A stretch of 64,000 nt of DNA. Origin: an uncultured Gemmatimonadales bacterium. Its GTDB lineage: Bacteria; Gemmatimonadota; Gemmatimonadetes; Gemmatimonadales; GWC2-71-9. Location of the stretch: contig CAVUAK010000001.1 of assembly GCA_963739455.1 (NCBI GenBank), positions 384,001-448,000 on the forward strand, written 5' to 3'. The translations under genes and the position numbers were made by a program. This document shows positions 49,651-58,891 of this stretch, in pieces (within the stretch, counting starts at the first letter, position 1; each line of letters opens with the position of its first letter). The notes below the pieces were generated by a model. That model saw only the letters and a list, made by a program, of their open reading frames with translations. It did not search any database and had not been told where the DNA came from.

Positions 49651-50196
49651 CTAGAGCGCGTCGCGGACCGGATCCGGTGGCAGTGCGGGAGCCTGGCAGC
49701 GGAGGACATTGGCAAAGCGGTATCGCAACTGGACCAGGATTGCGCCCGACGGCTGTGGCACCAGGCTCAGGTTGATCGCGTCGAGGTTGGCGGGAATGGT
49801 GGCGTCGCTGATGCGAAGCCACCGCATCTGTGTCTTCGTGGCGGCTGAGGCCGCCCCGTACTTGGCAGTCAGTTGCTCGCCCAGCACGTGGAAGATCCGG
49901 TCCGCCTCGATGTCTACCGCAGCCGTCGAGTCGACTGCCCTACCCCCGACCACCTGGCAGAGACCGGTCGAGTCGCCAACCACCACCGCGTAGACATTCA
50001 GTTCCGGGTGCGGCCGGGGAACCTGCGCCACATAGAAGGTGGGTGGCGTCCCATCCTGTGGCGATAGCGGCCCGGCGATCGCGGCCAGGTCCGTCATGCT
50101 CAGGCCTTCACGCAGCCCGAATGGCGTCGCCTGCGCGTTGGCCAGCGTGGTAACGCATGCCGCTACGGTCGCCAGGATTGTGCTCGCCCGAATCAT
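49651..50196 (-). CDS. Secreted hypothetical protein
   Basis: GGAG RBS, signal peptide, PFGLREG motif; ATGA coupling to the amidohydrolase gene. Confidence 0.7.
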   Translation of the reverse strand: MIRASTILATVAACVTTLANAQATPFGLREGLSMTDLAAIAGPLSPQDGTPPTFYVAQVPRPHPELNVYAVVVGDSTGLCQVVGGRAVDSTAAVDIEADRIFHVLGEQLTAKYGAASAATKTQMRWLRISDATIPANLDAINLSLVPQPSGAILVQLRYRFANVLRCQAPALPPDPVRDAL

Positions 50197-51482
50197 TGAG
50201 TCTCCACCACGGTTCCGCCCTTCATGACCCACGACACCCTCTCGGTAACAGTGATATCGGTGAGCGGGTTGCCTGGCACGGCGACCAGGTCGGCCAGCCG
50301 GCCCGCCTGAACAATGCCGCGATCGTCGACACCGAGCACCTGCGCCGCATACAATGTGGCACCCCGAAGTGCCTCGATCGGCGCCTGGCCAAGTTGTACG
50401 CGAGTCGCGAACTCGTGTGCATTCTGCCCATGCGGGATCACGCCGGCATCGGTGCCGAACCCGATCTTCACACCGGCCTTCACCGCGCGCTGGAAGCTGG
50501 CGTTGGCCGCGTTCGTCGCCGCGATCGCCTTGGGGCGCATCACGGGCGGCAGGCTCGCCGGGTCAAGCACGTGAGAGAGGTACAGCGTGAAGACCGCCCA
50601 GGTGCCGTTCCGCTTGAGTTCCGCGATCGCCTCGTCGGTGAGGAATGAGGCATGTTCCACCGACGTCACCCCGGCGCGCGAGGCGGCGATGATCCCCTCC
50701 GTGCCATGCGCATGTGCCGCAACCCGCACGCCGTGCATGCGCGCCTCGTCCACCACCGCCTTCATCTCGGCGTCCGACAGCTGCTGAGCACCCACGGGAC
50801 CCTCGAATGAGAGCACCCCTGCCGTCGCGCAGATCTTGATCACCTTGGCGCCATGCTTGATCTGGTAGCGCACCGCCTCCACGAGCTGGTCGGCACCGTT
50901 CGCCACCCCTTCCTTCGGGCCCTGCTCGAGCACGCCGGGAATGAACCCGGTGTCATCGCAGTGACCGCCGGTGGCACCGATGGCATAGGCCGACGGGATG
51001 ATCCGGGGCCCGATCAGGTCGCCCTTGTTGATCGCGTTCATGAGCGCCACATCACTGAAGCCCTTCGCTCCGACGTCGCGCACCGTCGTGAAGCCGGCGC
51101 GGAGGGTGCGCGGCGCGTTGCGGGCCCCGCGGAGCGCGTAGTCCGCCGCACTCCACTCGACCGCCTGATACTGCCAGCCCGGCTCGATATCGAGGGTGAG
51201 GTGGGTATGGAGGTCGATGAAACCCGGCAGGAGCGTGACGTCACCCAGGTCGATGGTGCGGGCACCGTCCGGCGTGGTCACGGGGTTCACCGCGGTGATC
51301 CGGTCGCCCGTCACCACTACCACCGCGGGACTCACAATCGCGCCCTTCTCCACATCCAGCATCCGCGCGGCCCGAATGACGATCGACGCTGGCGGCGGCG
51401 CCTGTGAAAGCAGCCGACTTGCAGGATGGAGCGTGAACAACACCGGAGCGAGCCACCGAACAACACTGGCCCTACGGATCAC
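50193..51482 (-). CDS. Secreted metal-dependent amidohydrolase (Xaa-Pro dipeptidase-like)
   Basis: PGFIDLHTH, GFTTVRD, IKICATAG, AAHAHG, SVEH and FGTDAG. Confidence 0.93.
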   Translation of the reverse strand: MIRRASVVRWLAPVLFTLHPASRLLSQAPPPASIVIRAARMLDVEKGAIVSPAVVVVTGDRITAVNPVTTPDGARTIDLGDVTLLPGFIDLHTHLTLDIEPGWQYQAVEWSAADYALRGARNAPRTLRAGFTTVRDVGAKGFSDVALMNAINKGDLIGPRIIPSAYAIGATGGHCDDTGFIPGVLEQGPKEGVANGADQLVEAVRYQIKHGAKVIKICATAGVLSFEGPVGAQQLSDAEMKAVVDEARMHGVRVAAHAHGTEGIIAASRAGVTSVEHASFLTDEAIAELKRNGTWAVFTLYLSHVLDPASLPPVMRPKAIAATNAANASFQRAVKAGVKIGFGTDAGVIPHGQNAHEFATRVQLGQAPIEALRGATLYAAQVLGVDDRGIVQAGRLADLVAVPGNPLTDITVTERVSWVMKGGTVVETQ

Positions 51483-52063
51483 TCCTTGCCTCCGAGAAGC
51501 GCGGATTTGAAGTCTTCACCCGGCCCGGGCTTGGGCCCGATCCACGACTTGAACAGCGCATCGGCGAACGGCTTCCCCGCAATCGTGCCCTTCGGCTGGC
51601 CGGCGATCACCACTCTGGTCCCCCTGGCGGGGAGGTAGGTGAATGCCATCACGTCGCCCTTCTTGAGGTCCTGCATGAAGCCGCACAGCTGCTTGAATTC
51701 TCCCTGCAACTGCGCATCAGCACCGGGCGAGTTGTTCTTCAGGCTCTCGTCCCAGGCCTCGCACATCTTGTCCGCACCGACGTCGCGCACGAACTCCATG
51801 CGCAGCTCGCGCGGCCCGTCCGCGGCGAGGATGGCGTCGGCGTCGTTGTTCTTCGCGGGCAGGTACAGTCCCGCCACGTAGACCTTGAAGACCGCCTTCT
51901 TCCGCAGCGCAGCGCCGTTGAGCATGAGTGACTGGCCCCCGGCTTCGACCGTCGCCGGTACGGTCACGCCGGCGATCTCGGACTGGGCATGCGAACGGGC
52001 AGGAGCAAGCAGGGAAAGGGCGAGCAGGACACCAGCAGCGGGGAAAACAGCGGTGTTTGTCAT
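51479..52063 (-). CDS. Chalcone isomerase-like secreted protein
   Basis: LNGAALRKKAVFKVYVAGLYL, KGD and FKSWIG motifs; GGAGG RBS. Confidence 0.88.
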   Translation of the reverse strand: MTNTAVFPAAGVLLALSLLAPARSHAQSEIAGVTVPATVEAGGQSLMLNGAALRKKAVFKVYVAGLYLPAKNNDADAILAADGPRELRMEFVRDVGADKMCEAWDESLKNNSPGADAQLQGEFKQLCGFMQDLKKGDVMAFTYLPARGTRVVIAGQPKGTIAGKPFADALFKSWIGPKPGPGEDFKSALLGGKE

Positions 52064-52116
52064 GGTATTCCTCCCGGGCGTGAAGCTATCGCCCGGCCCC
52101 GAACGGGGCAAATCTC

Positions 52117-52513
52117 CTACATCGGATCACAGGCTGGCTCGCCCTCCCGCTTCGGCCGACGGCCCTCGAAGTCGGTGATCGGTGGCTTCACGTCGGTGGT
52201 ATACCCGAAGTACACGACGCAGCTCCGGCCGGGACTCTTGTCCCACATCCCCTTCGCCGACCATCCACGCTGCGACGCCGAGATCACGACCACGGTCACG
52301 CCCGGCTCGGGCTTGAACCGCAGGGAGTCCACGCTGCCGGCATAGCGCATCTTGCTGTCGAGAGTAGCCTTCCTCCGCTCGCGCGAGTGAACGCAGCGAC
52401 AGCATCACGGATTGACTGGCATTGGGAGGAGGCGGAACGGTGATGCGTGCGCCCTGGGCCGCGACAGCGGCCGGGACAACCAGCAGTGCGAAGGCTTGCA
52501 CGATGAATCGCAT
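52117..52513 (-). CDS. Secreted hypothetical protein resembling a pilin globular domain (frameshift near 52350)
   Basis: Sec signal peptide, helix LRSLARAEEGY, then GVTV...GWSA...CVVYFG...EGEPAC. Confidence 0.55.
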
Positions 52514-52545
52514 GCCTGGATGATCGGCAAATCACAGGCCCAACG

Positions 52546-52575
52546 AAAAAGGGTGACCCCTGCATAGGTCACCCT
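52546..52575 (-). terminator. Intrinsic terminator after GGDEF gene
   Basis: AGGGTGACC/GGTCACCCT stem with a T-tract on the minus strand. Confidence 0.75.
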
Positions 52576-52604
52576 CAAGCCTTCAAGTCCTCAAGCCTTC
52601 AAGC
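52573..52604. repeat. Tandem octamer (CYTCAAGY)x4
   Basis: Read directly, between the GGDEF stop codon and the terminator. Confidence 0.85.
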
Positions 52605-52607
52605 ACC

Positions 52608-53814
52608 TTATCCCGTCATCTCCAGCCCACTCGGCTGCGGAGGGCGCGTGGAACCGAGCGTCAGCCGGCCGGCAACCCGGTTCCGACCGCCTGCCTTGGC
52701 CCGGAACAGCCGCGCATCGGCTTCGTCGATCAACTCCTCTGCGCTCGTGCCGTCGGCCGGGTAGGTGGCGATGCCGGCGCTCACCGTGAGCGACGCCTCG
52801 CCCTGCCCCTTGGGAAGGGTGATCCTCAGCGCCTCGACCGAGGCCCTGATCTGCTCCAGCTTGTCGAACGCGGTGTCGGCACTGGTGTCCGGCAGCAGGA
52901 ACACGAACTCCTCACCGCCATACCGTGCCACCACGTCGCTGCGCCGGGTCATCTGCCGCAACCGGTCGGCAATCGTACGCAGCCCGACGTCGCCGGCGGA
53001 GTGACCGTAGCGGTCGTTGAACTCCTTGAACCGGTCCACGTCGAGCATGACCACCGACAGGGGCTGCTGCATCCGCTGCGCGCGATTCAGCTCGGCGCCG
53101 AGACGCTCGTCGAAGTGACCCCGGTTGAACAGCCCCGTCATCCGGTCAATCGAGGACAGTCGGCGCAGGTCCTTCGCGCGCATGACTATGACGAAGCTGA
53201 AGTACGAGGCGATCCCCAGCACCATGACGCGGGACCAGATGCTGCCCCAGTCGAACTCACCGTACCGACGGATGCCGTCCGTCAGCGAGTTCAGGTCGTA
53301 CATGTGTCACCGCCAGGAACACGAGCCCAAGGTACTGGGCGATCGCCAGGCCGCCGGCAAGAATGCAGAGTCGCGCGTCGTAGCGCAGGCAGGTGGCCGC
53401 CATGGCGAGGAAGTAGCACTCGAACGCCACGCGCGAGTTGGTGGCCACAAGCGGCTGGTCGGTGAGCACGTAGCTCAGCAGGGCCGCACTGATGATGCTG
53501 ACATCGAAGATGGTGCAGACCGCGCCCAGCCAGCGCGGTCGCTGGTCCCGCCGGATGGCAAGGAGGACGATGACCGCGAGGATCAGGGCGATGAGCGTGA
53601 CGACAATGCCGATCCAGTTCTCGGAGAGTTCCGGGTGCGCGAGGTAGCTCCCGACCGGAACGGTCAGCAGCAGCAGCGTCGCCACGATGCGCACGTAGGC
53701 CACGACCAGTTCGCCAGTCTTCCCGGCATCGAGCATGGCCGGGTCGGGGTCACGCCAGACGCGCGCCCACCATCCCGCCGTACCGAACTCTCCCGACCCC
53801 TCGACCTCGCTCAT
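52608..53814 (-). CDS. Membrane-bound diguanylate cyclase (frameshift near 53305)
   Basis: Several N-terminal TM helices; DRMTGLFNR, DVDRFKEFNDRYGH, RxxD I-site (RRSD) and GGEEF. Confidence 0.9.
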
Positions 53815-53893
53815 GCTATTGCAGTTTCCCTTCTGGGGGACACTACCAACCGTGCTGCGCGCGAACCGTGCAAGAAGCGGACTAATTCCGGGA

Positions 53894-55549
53894 CTACATG
53901 AGACGGTACTTCGGGCCACTTCCACCCTCGCGCGGCGTCCAGCGCGGGCCTACCACGTCCGTCGCCTTGCAGTCCACGCAATTCGGTGCATTCACCATGA
54001 GCACATCACCAGCCCGCTCGTAGACGCCGGCGGGGCAGAGATGTGAATAGAAGTCGGCAACTTCGCCGGAAATGTCCTTGCCGACGATCAAGTGGGACGG
54101 GATCGTGTCGCGCGTGGCATTCCCCGACTTGAAGACCGCGTCCACCTTGCTGAAGGTCAGCGTATTGTCGGGCACGAATGGCGTTGACGGAGTTACATCT
54201 CGCGGCGCCTCGGCGTCCTGTGCCATGGCGATCCGGCCACCGGGAAAAACACCTCCCGTGACCGTCATCAGGCCCGCCTTCACGCCGCCCACCACCAGGC
54301 CGTCCTTGAAGGCCAGCCGCATGTTCCGCGTGCGGTACAAATCGTTCATGATGTAGCTGTCGTCGAGCATCCGGTCGTATGCGGCGAGCGCCGCACCGGA
54401 GGTGTCATCGCGCTTGAGGGCCTCGAACGCGACCCGGGCCGCGTAGATGCCTGACTGCATGGCGTAGTGTATCCCCTTCAGGGAGGGGACGTCTACCAGC
54501 CCCAATGTGTCACCCACCATGACCAGTCCATCGCCCGAACGCCGGGACGGCAGCGCGTAATAGCCGCCCTCGGGGATGGTCTTGGCACCCCATTCCAGCA
54601 GTTCCCCGCCCTCCAGGTAGGGCCGGAAGAGCGGATGCAGCTTGATCCGCTGCAGCATCTCATGGACGTCGAGTGACGCACTGTGATAGTCGAGCCCGAC
54701 CACCAGTCCGATCGAGACCTGCGACGGCCCAAGCGGGTACATCCATGTGCCCCCAAAAGCGTCGTTCGGCAAGGGCCATCCGAGCGTGTGAATGACCCGG
54801 TCGAGCGGCCGCTTGGTCTCCCACACTTCCTTGACGCCCAGCGCGAAGATCTGGGGGTTGGAGGAGGTGATTCCCTGCCAGGCCCGGTACGCCTGCCCAA
54901 GGGGCCCCCGCGTTCCCTCTGCCAGCACCGTTACACGCCCCGTCAGGTCGGTCGGCTCGGCGTAGCCGTCGGACGGTTCGCCCTCCCGGTCCAGCCCCGA
55001 TGGCGTGGTTCGAACGCCCCGCACCCGGGCACCATCCACCAGCAGCGAGTCCACCGGAAAGCCCGGGAACAGGTTGATCCCAAGCGCCTCGGCTTCGTCG
55101 CCCAGCCAGCGCACCATCTCTGACAGGGACGCGGTGTAGTAGCCATGGTTCCGCATTGTCGGAGGGGTGGGCAGCTTCAGCGCGCTCCCCGCCGTGAGGA
55201 AGTACACGGCCTCCCCCGACACCGGCTGCCGAAAGGGGAAGTCCTCCAGCTTCTTCTCGGGGAAGAGCTCCTGGAAGGCGCGCGGATTGACCACCGCGCC
55301 CGACAGGCAGTGCTCCCCCAGTGCCCCCGCCTTCTCCAGCACACCGATGTTGAGGTCGGGCATGCCACTGCCCGCCTCCCGGTCCTTCTTGACCAGGCGC
55401 GCAAGCTCGATGGCACAGGCAAGGCCCGCCGGTCCGGCGCCGACAATGACCACGTCCATCTCGATCGCCTCGGCGCTCGGCGCGTCGGGACGGATCAGGC
55501 GATCAACGGGCAGGGCTGGCTGGTGACGAACCGGGAGAATGCGGGCCAA
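53894..55549 (-). CDS. Electron transfer flavoprotein-quinone oxidoreductase
   Basis: GAGPAGL, HCLSGA, AEGTRG, LGVKEVW, KGIHYAM and C-terminal CPAGVY/NCVDCK. Confidence 0.93.
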   Translation of the reverse strand: MARILPVRHQPALPVDRLIRPDAPSAEAIEMDVVIVGAGPAGLACAIELARLVKKDREAGSGMPDLNIGVLEKAGALGEHCLSGAVVNPRAFQELFPEKKLEDFPFRQPVSGEAVYFLTAGSALKLPTPPTMRNHGYYTASLSEMVRWLGDEAEALGINLFPGFPVDSLLVDGARVRGVRTTPSGLDREGEPSDGYAEPTDLTGRVTVLAEGTRGPLGQAYRAWQGITSSNPQIFALGVKEVWETKRPLDRVIHTLGWPLPNDAFGGTWMYPLGPSQVSIGLVVGLDYHSASLDVHEMLQRIKLHPLFRPYLEGGELLEWGAKTIPEGGYYALPSRRSGDGLVMVGDTLGLVDVPSLKGIHYAMQSGIYAARVAFEALKRDDTSGAALAAYDRMLDDSYIMNDLYRTRNMRLAFKDGLVVGGVKAGLMTVTGGVFPGGRIAMAQDAEAPRDVTPSTPFVPDNTLTFSKVDAVFKSGNATRDTIPSHLIVGKDISGEVADFYSHLCPAGVYERAGDVLMVNAPNCVDCKATDVVGPRWTPREGGSGPKYRLM

Positions 55550-55625
55550 ACGGGACCCCCTGAGATTCAAAAAAGGCGGTTTCGGCGACCGACAATATAC
55601 CATCGCTACGCGCTTCGAGCGGTCA

Positions 55626-55657
55626 CTTCACGTCCTCACGTCCTCACGTCTTCACGT
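55626..55657. repeat. Tandem octamer (CYTCACGT)x4
   Basis: Read directly, in the divergent promoter region. Confidence 0.9.
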
Positions 55658-55674
55658 CAGCTATTTTGCTCACC

Positions 55675-56931
55675 ATGCAAACACCTCCGCCGATCCCCGG
55701 CTTTCGTGCAGTTCCTTTCACTGGCGTCATTTACGTCATGGCCGAAGCCGCCCGGCGCGGATACCGCTATGGCCATCCCGACTGGTGCAACCTGGGCCAG
55801 GGACAGCCCGAGACTGGGCCCCTTCCGGGCGGGCCACCCCGTGTCGAACGGGTGGCGATCGAGGTAGACGACCAGGAATACGCTCCGGTACCTGGCATCC
55901 CCGAGATGCGCGAGGCCGTCGCGGCGCTCTACAACTCGCTCTACCGCCGCGGCATGAAGTCGCAGTACAAGGCGGAAAACGTGTGCATCTGTGGCGGTGG
56001 CCGCAGTTCCCTCACGCGCGCCGTCGCGGCGCTTGGCGAGGTCAACCTTGGGCACTTCCTGCCCGACTACACCGCGTATGAAGAGTTGCTCGACATCTTC
56101 AAGCTCTTCACGTCCATTCCAATCCCACTCGACCCCGCGAGTGGTTATCGCTTCTCCGCCGAGGACCTTCGTCGTGAGATCCTGGGCAAGGGGCTGTCAG
56201 CGGTGCTGCTGTCGAACCCGAACAACCCGACCGGCCGCACGGTGCAGGGTGAGGAACTGCAGCGCTGGGTTGCCACGGCGCGCGAGCTCCAGTGCACCCT
56301 GCTGCTCGACGAGTTCTACTCCCACTATGTGTGGACCGGCGCCGAGGATGAGTGGTCGATGGTTTCGGGGGCACAGCATGTGGAAGACGTCAACCGCGAC
56401 CCGGTGGTGCTCTTCGATGGGCTGACCAAGAACTGGCGCTACCCCGGCTGGCGCACCACGTGGGTGGTCGGGCCGAAGCAGGTGATCGAGGCGGTCGCGA
56501 GCACGGGCAGCTTCCTGGATGGCGGCGGCTCGAAGCCACTCCAGCGGGCGGCGCTCCCGCTGCTCGAGCCCGCGCTTGCGCTCCAGGAAACAGCGGCAAT
56601 CCAGAAGGCCTTCCGTCGGAAGCGGAAGCTGATGATGAAGGGGCTCCGCGCCGCCGGCATCAAGCTCGACGTGGCGCCGGATGCGACGTTCTACTGCTGG
56701 GGTGACCTCTCCGGGTTGCCGGAGGGGCTCAATGACGGGATGCAGTTCCTGAAGGCGGCACTGGACGAGAAGGTGATCTGCGTGCCGGGCGAGTTCTTCG
56801 ACGTGAACCCGGGGAAGCGTCGCGCCGGGCGGCCGTCCCGATTCCGGCAGTACGCACGCTTCTCGTTTGGGCCCGACGAAGAAACGGTGAGGACGGGAGT
56901 TGAACGGATCGCCCGGATGGTCAAGCGTTGA
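55675..56931 (+). CDS. PLP-dependent aminotransferase class I/II
   Basis: NLGQGQPE, SNPNNPTG, DEFY and GLTKNWRYPGWR. Confidence 0.93.
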   Translation: MQTPPPIPGFRAVPFTGVIYVMAEAARRGYRYGHPDWCNLGQGQPETGPLPGGPPRVERVAIEVDDQEYAPVPGIPEMREAVAALYNSLYRRGMKSQYKAENVCICGGGRSSLTRAVAALGEVNLGHFLPDYTAYEELLDIFKLFTSIPIPLDPASGYRFSAEDLRREILGKGLSAVLLSNPNNPTGRTVQGEELQRWVATARELQCTLLLDEFYSHYVWTGAEDEWSMVSGAQHVEDVNRDPVVLFDGLTKNWRYPGWRTTWVVGPKQVIEAVASTGSFLDGGGSKPLQRAALPLLEPALALQETAAIQKAFRRKRKLMMKGLRAAGIKLDVAPDATFYCWGDLSGLPEGLNDGMQFLKAALDEKVICVPGEFFDVNPGKRRAGRPSRFRQYARFSFGPDEETVRTGVERIARMVKR

Positions 56932-56950
56932 GGGGTGAGCGGGCGCCGCT

Positions 56951-56990
56951 CCTCACGTCTTCACGTCTTCACGTCTTCACGTCTTCACGT
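56951..56990. repeat. Tandem octamer (CYTCACGT)x5
   Basis: Read directly; overlaps the nadC 3' end and supplies its TGA stop. Confidence 0.9.
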
Positions 56991-57843
56991 CGCGTAGCTC
57001 CAGGCTGATATCTGCCGCGGCGACGCTGTGGGTGAGCGCGCCGATCGAAATGAAGTCCGCCGCCGCCTGCGCGTAGCGCGCGACGTTCTCCAGCGTGATC
57101 CCGCCTGTCGCCTCGATCTCGATTCCCGGTCGTCGGCTTCGCGCGCGGGCACCCCAGTTGGCCACCGTAGCGGGGGTCTGGTTGTCCACCAGCAGTCGCG
57201 TGGCACCCGCGTCGCACGCCTCATCCACCTGCGTGAGTGATTCGACCTCCACGTACAACTCCAGCACACCGAGATCGCGGGCCTGGACCAGCGCGTCCGC
57301 GAGCGTGCGACCGGCCTGGACCAGTGCCCGCCAGTGATTGTCCTTGACCATCACCGTGCGGGCCAGGTCAACACGATGTACCCCGCCGCCACCGGCACGC
57401 ACGGCCTCCACGTCGAAAACCCGGAGCCCCGGCGCCGTCTTCCGCGTGTGCAGGATCACGGCACCTGTGTGCGCAACGGCATCCACATAGCGCCGCGTCA
57501 TCGTCGCGATGCCACATGCCCGCTGCAGGAAGTTGAGGAGGGTGCGCTCAGCGAGCAGCATGCTGCGAAGCGAACCGGATAGCGTGCCCGCCATCGCGCC
57601 GGCCAGCATCCGGTCGCCCTCACGGAACTGCCAGGCGGCAGGCAGCAGGCCGCACGCCACGAGCACGGCATCTGCATAGCGGGTGCCCGCGAGTACCGTA
57701 TCAGACCTGACCTCGAGCGCGCCCTGTGACTCGAGGGAGGCCGGCGTGGTGACGAGGGTGGTGATGTCCCGCGCGCCGTCCTCCGCGAGGGCCCGCCGAG
57801 CCAGCGCGGCGGCGTCATCGAGCACGTCATCGGCTTCGTCCAT
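56977..57843 (-). CDS. nadC: Nicotinate-nucleotide diphosphorylase (carboxylating)
   Basis: AERTLLNFLQ, TRKTAPGLR, KDNH, EATGGIT and IGALTHS. Confidence 0.95.
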   Translation of the reverse strand: MDEADDVLDDAAALARRALAEDGARDITTLVTTPASLESQGALEVRSDTVLAGTRYADAVLVACGLLPAAWQFREGDRMLAGAMAGTLSGSLRSMLLAERTLLNFLQRACGIATMTRRYVDAVAHTGAVILHTRKTAPGLRVFDVEAVRAGGGGVHRVDLARTVMVKDNHWRALVQAGRTLADALVQARDLGVLELYVEVESLTQVDEACDAGATRLLVDNQTPATVANWGARARSRRPGIEIEATGGITLENVARYAQAAADFISIGALTHSVAAADISLELRDVKT

Positions 57844-57871
57844 GCCTGACCGCCTGTCGGAAATCCGCCGT

Positions 57872-58891
57872 TCAGTCGCCCGGCTTGCGCGCGACGCCGG
57901 GACCCAGCGCCACCATCCTGTCCACCGCCGCCCGCGCCCGCGTCGCGATCTCCGGCGGCACCGACACGTGGTGACGATCGAGCAGCAGTGAATCCCGGGT
58001 GTTCTCCAGCGTGATCGTCTTCATGTACGCGCACACCGCCTCGGGATCGGCGGCAAGAAATTGCTTGTCCGGGGCGTCCTTCTGCATTCGGTGCATGATG
58101 CCGGTCTCGGTGGCAATGATGAACTCCTTCACTGGCCGCTCCCGCACCAGCTGGATCATTCGCTCCGTCGACGCGATGTGCAGTCCCTCGGCGCTCACTT
58201 CTCCCTCGCCCATAGCGTGGATGAGCTGGCCGGCACAGCCGCACTCGGGATGCACCAGTACCTCGGCATCAGGATGCGCCGCGCGCACCGCTTCCAGCCT
58301 GTCGGGACGGATGCCTGCGTGCACATGGCACTCACCGAGCCACACCTCGACGTTCCGGTGAGGACGCATGCGCCGGACATGCGCCCCCAGGAAGAAGTCG
58401 GGCAGGAAGAGGATCCCCTCGCTCTCGGGAATCGCATCGATCACGTCCAGCACGTTTCCGCTGGTACAGCAGTAGTCCAGCTCTGCCTTCACTTCGGCAG
58501 TGGTGTTCACGTAACCCACCGCGATGTACCCGGGGAAGCGTGCCTTCCACTTCCGCACATCCGAAGCGGTGATCGTATCCGCCAGCGAACAGCCGGCCGC
58601 AAGGTCGGGCAGCAGTACCCGCTTCTGCGGTGACAGGATCGCCGCCGTCTCCGCCATGAAGTGGACACCGCAGAACACGATCACGGCCGCGTCCGTCTTT
58701 GCCGCCTCGCGCGACAGGCCGAGCGAGTCACCCACGAAATGGGCGACGTCCTGCACCTCGGGACGCTGGTAGTTGTGCGCGATGACGACGGCGTCGCGGT
58801 CACGCGCCAGCCGGCGGATCTCGTCCTGCAGCTCGGCGATCCGTTCCGCCGAGAGGCGGTTCGGCTCGATCACGGGAAGGGTGAGGGTCAC
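57872..58891 (-). CDS. nadA: Quinolinate synthase
   Basis: AHNYQ, GDSL, CGVHFMAE, AGCSLA, YVNT, CHVH, HPEC and CAYMK. Confidence 0.97.
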   Translation of the reverse strand: MTLTLPVIEPNRLSAERIAELQDEIRRLARDRDAVVIAHNYQRPEVQDVAHFVGDSLGLSREAAKTDAAVIVFCGVHFMAETAAILSPQKRVLLPDLAAGCSLADTITASDVRKWKARFPGYIAVGYVNTTAEVKAELDYCCTSGNVLDVIDAIPESEGILFLPDFFLGAHVRRMRPHRNVEVWLGECHVHAGIRPDRLEAVRAAHPDAEVLVHPECGCAGQLIHAMGEGEVSAEGLHIASTERMIQLVRERPVKEFIIATETGIMHRMQKDAPDKQFLAADPEAVCAYMKTITLENTRDSLLLDRHHVSVPPEIATRARAAVDRMVALGPGVARKPGD

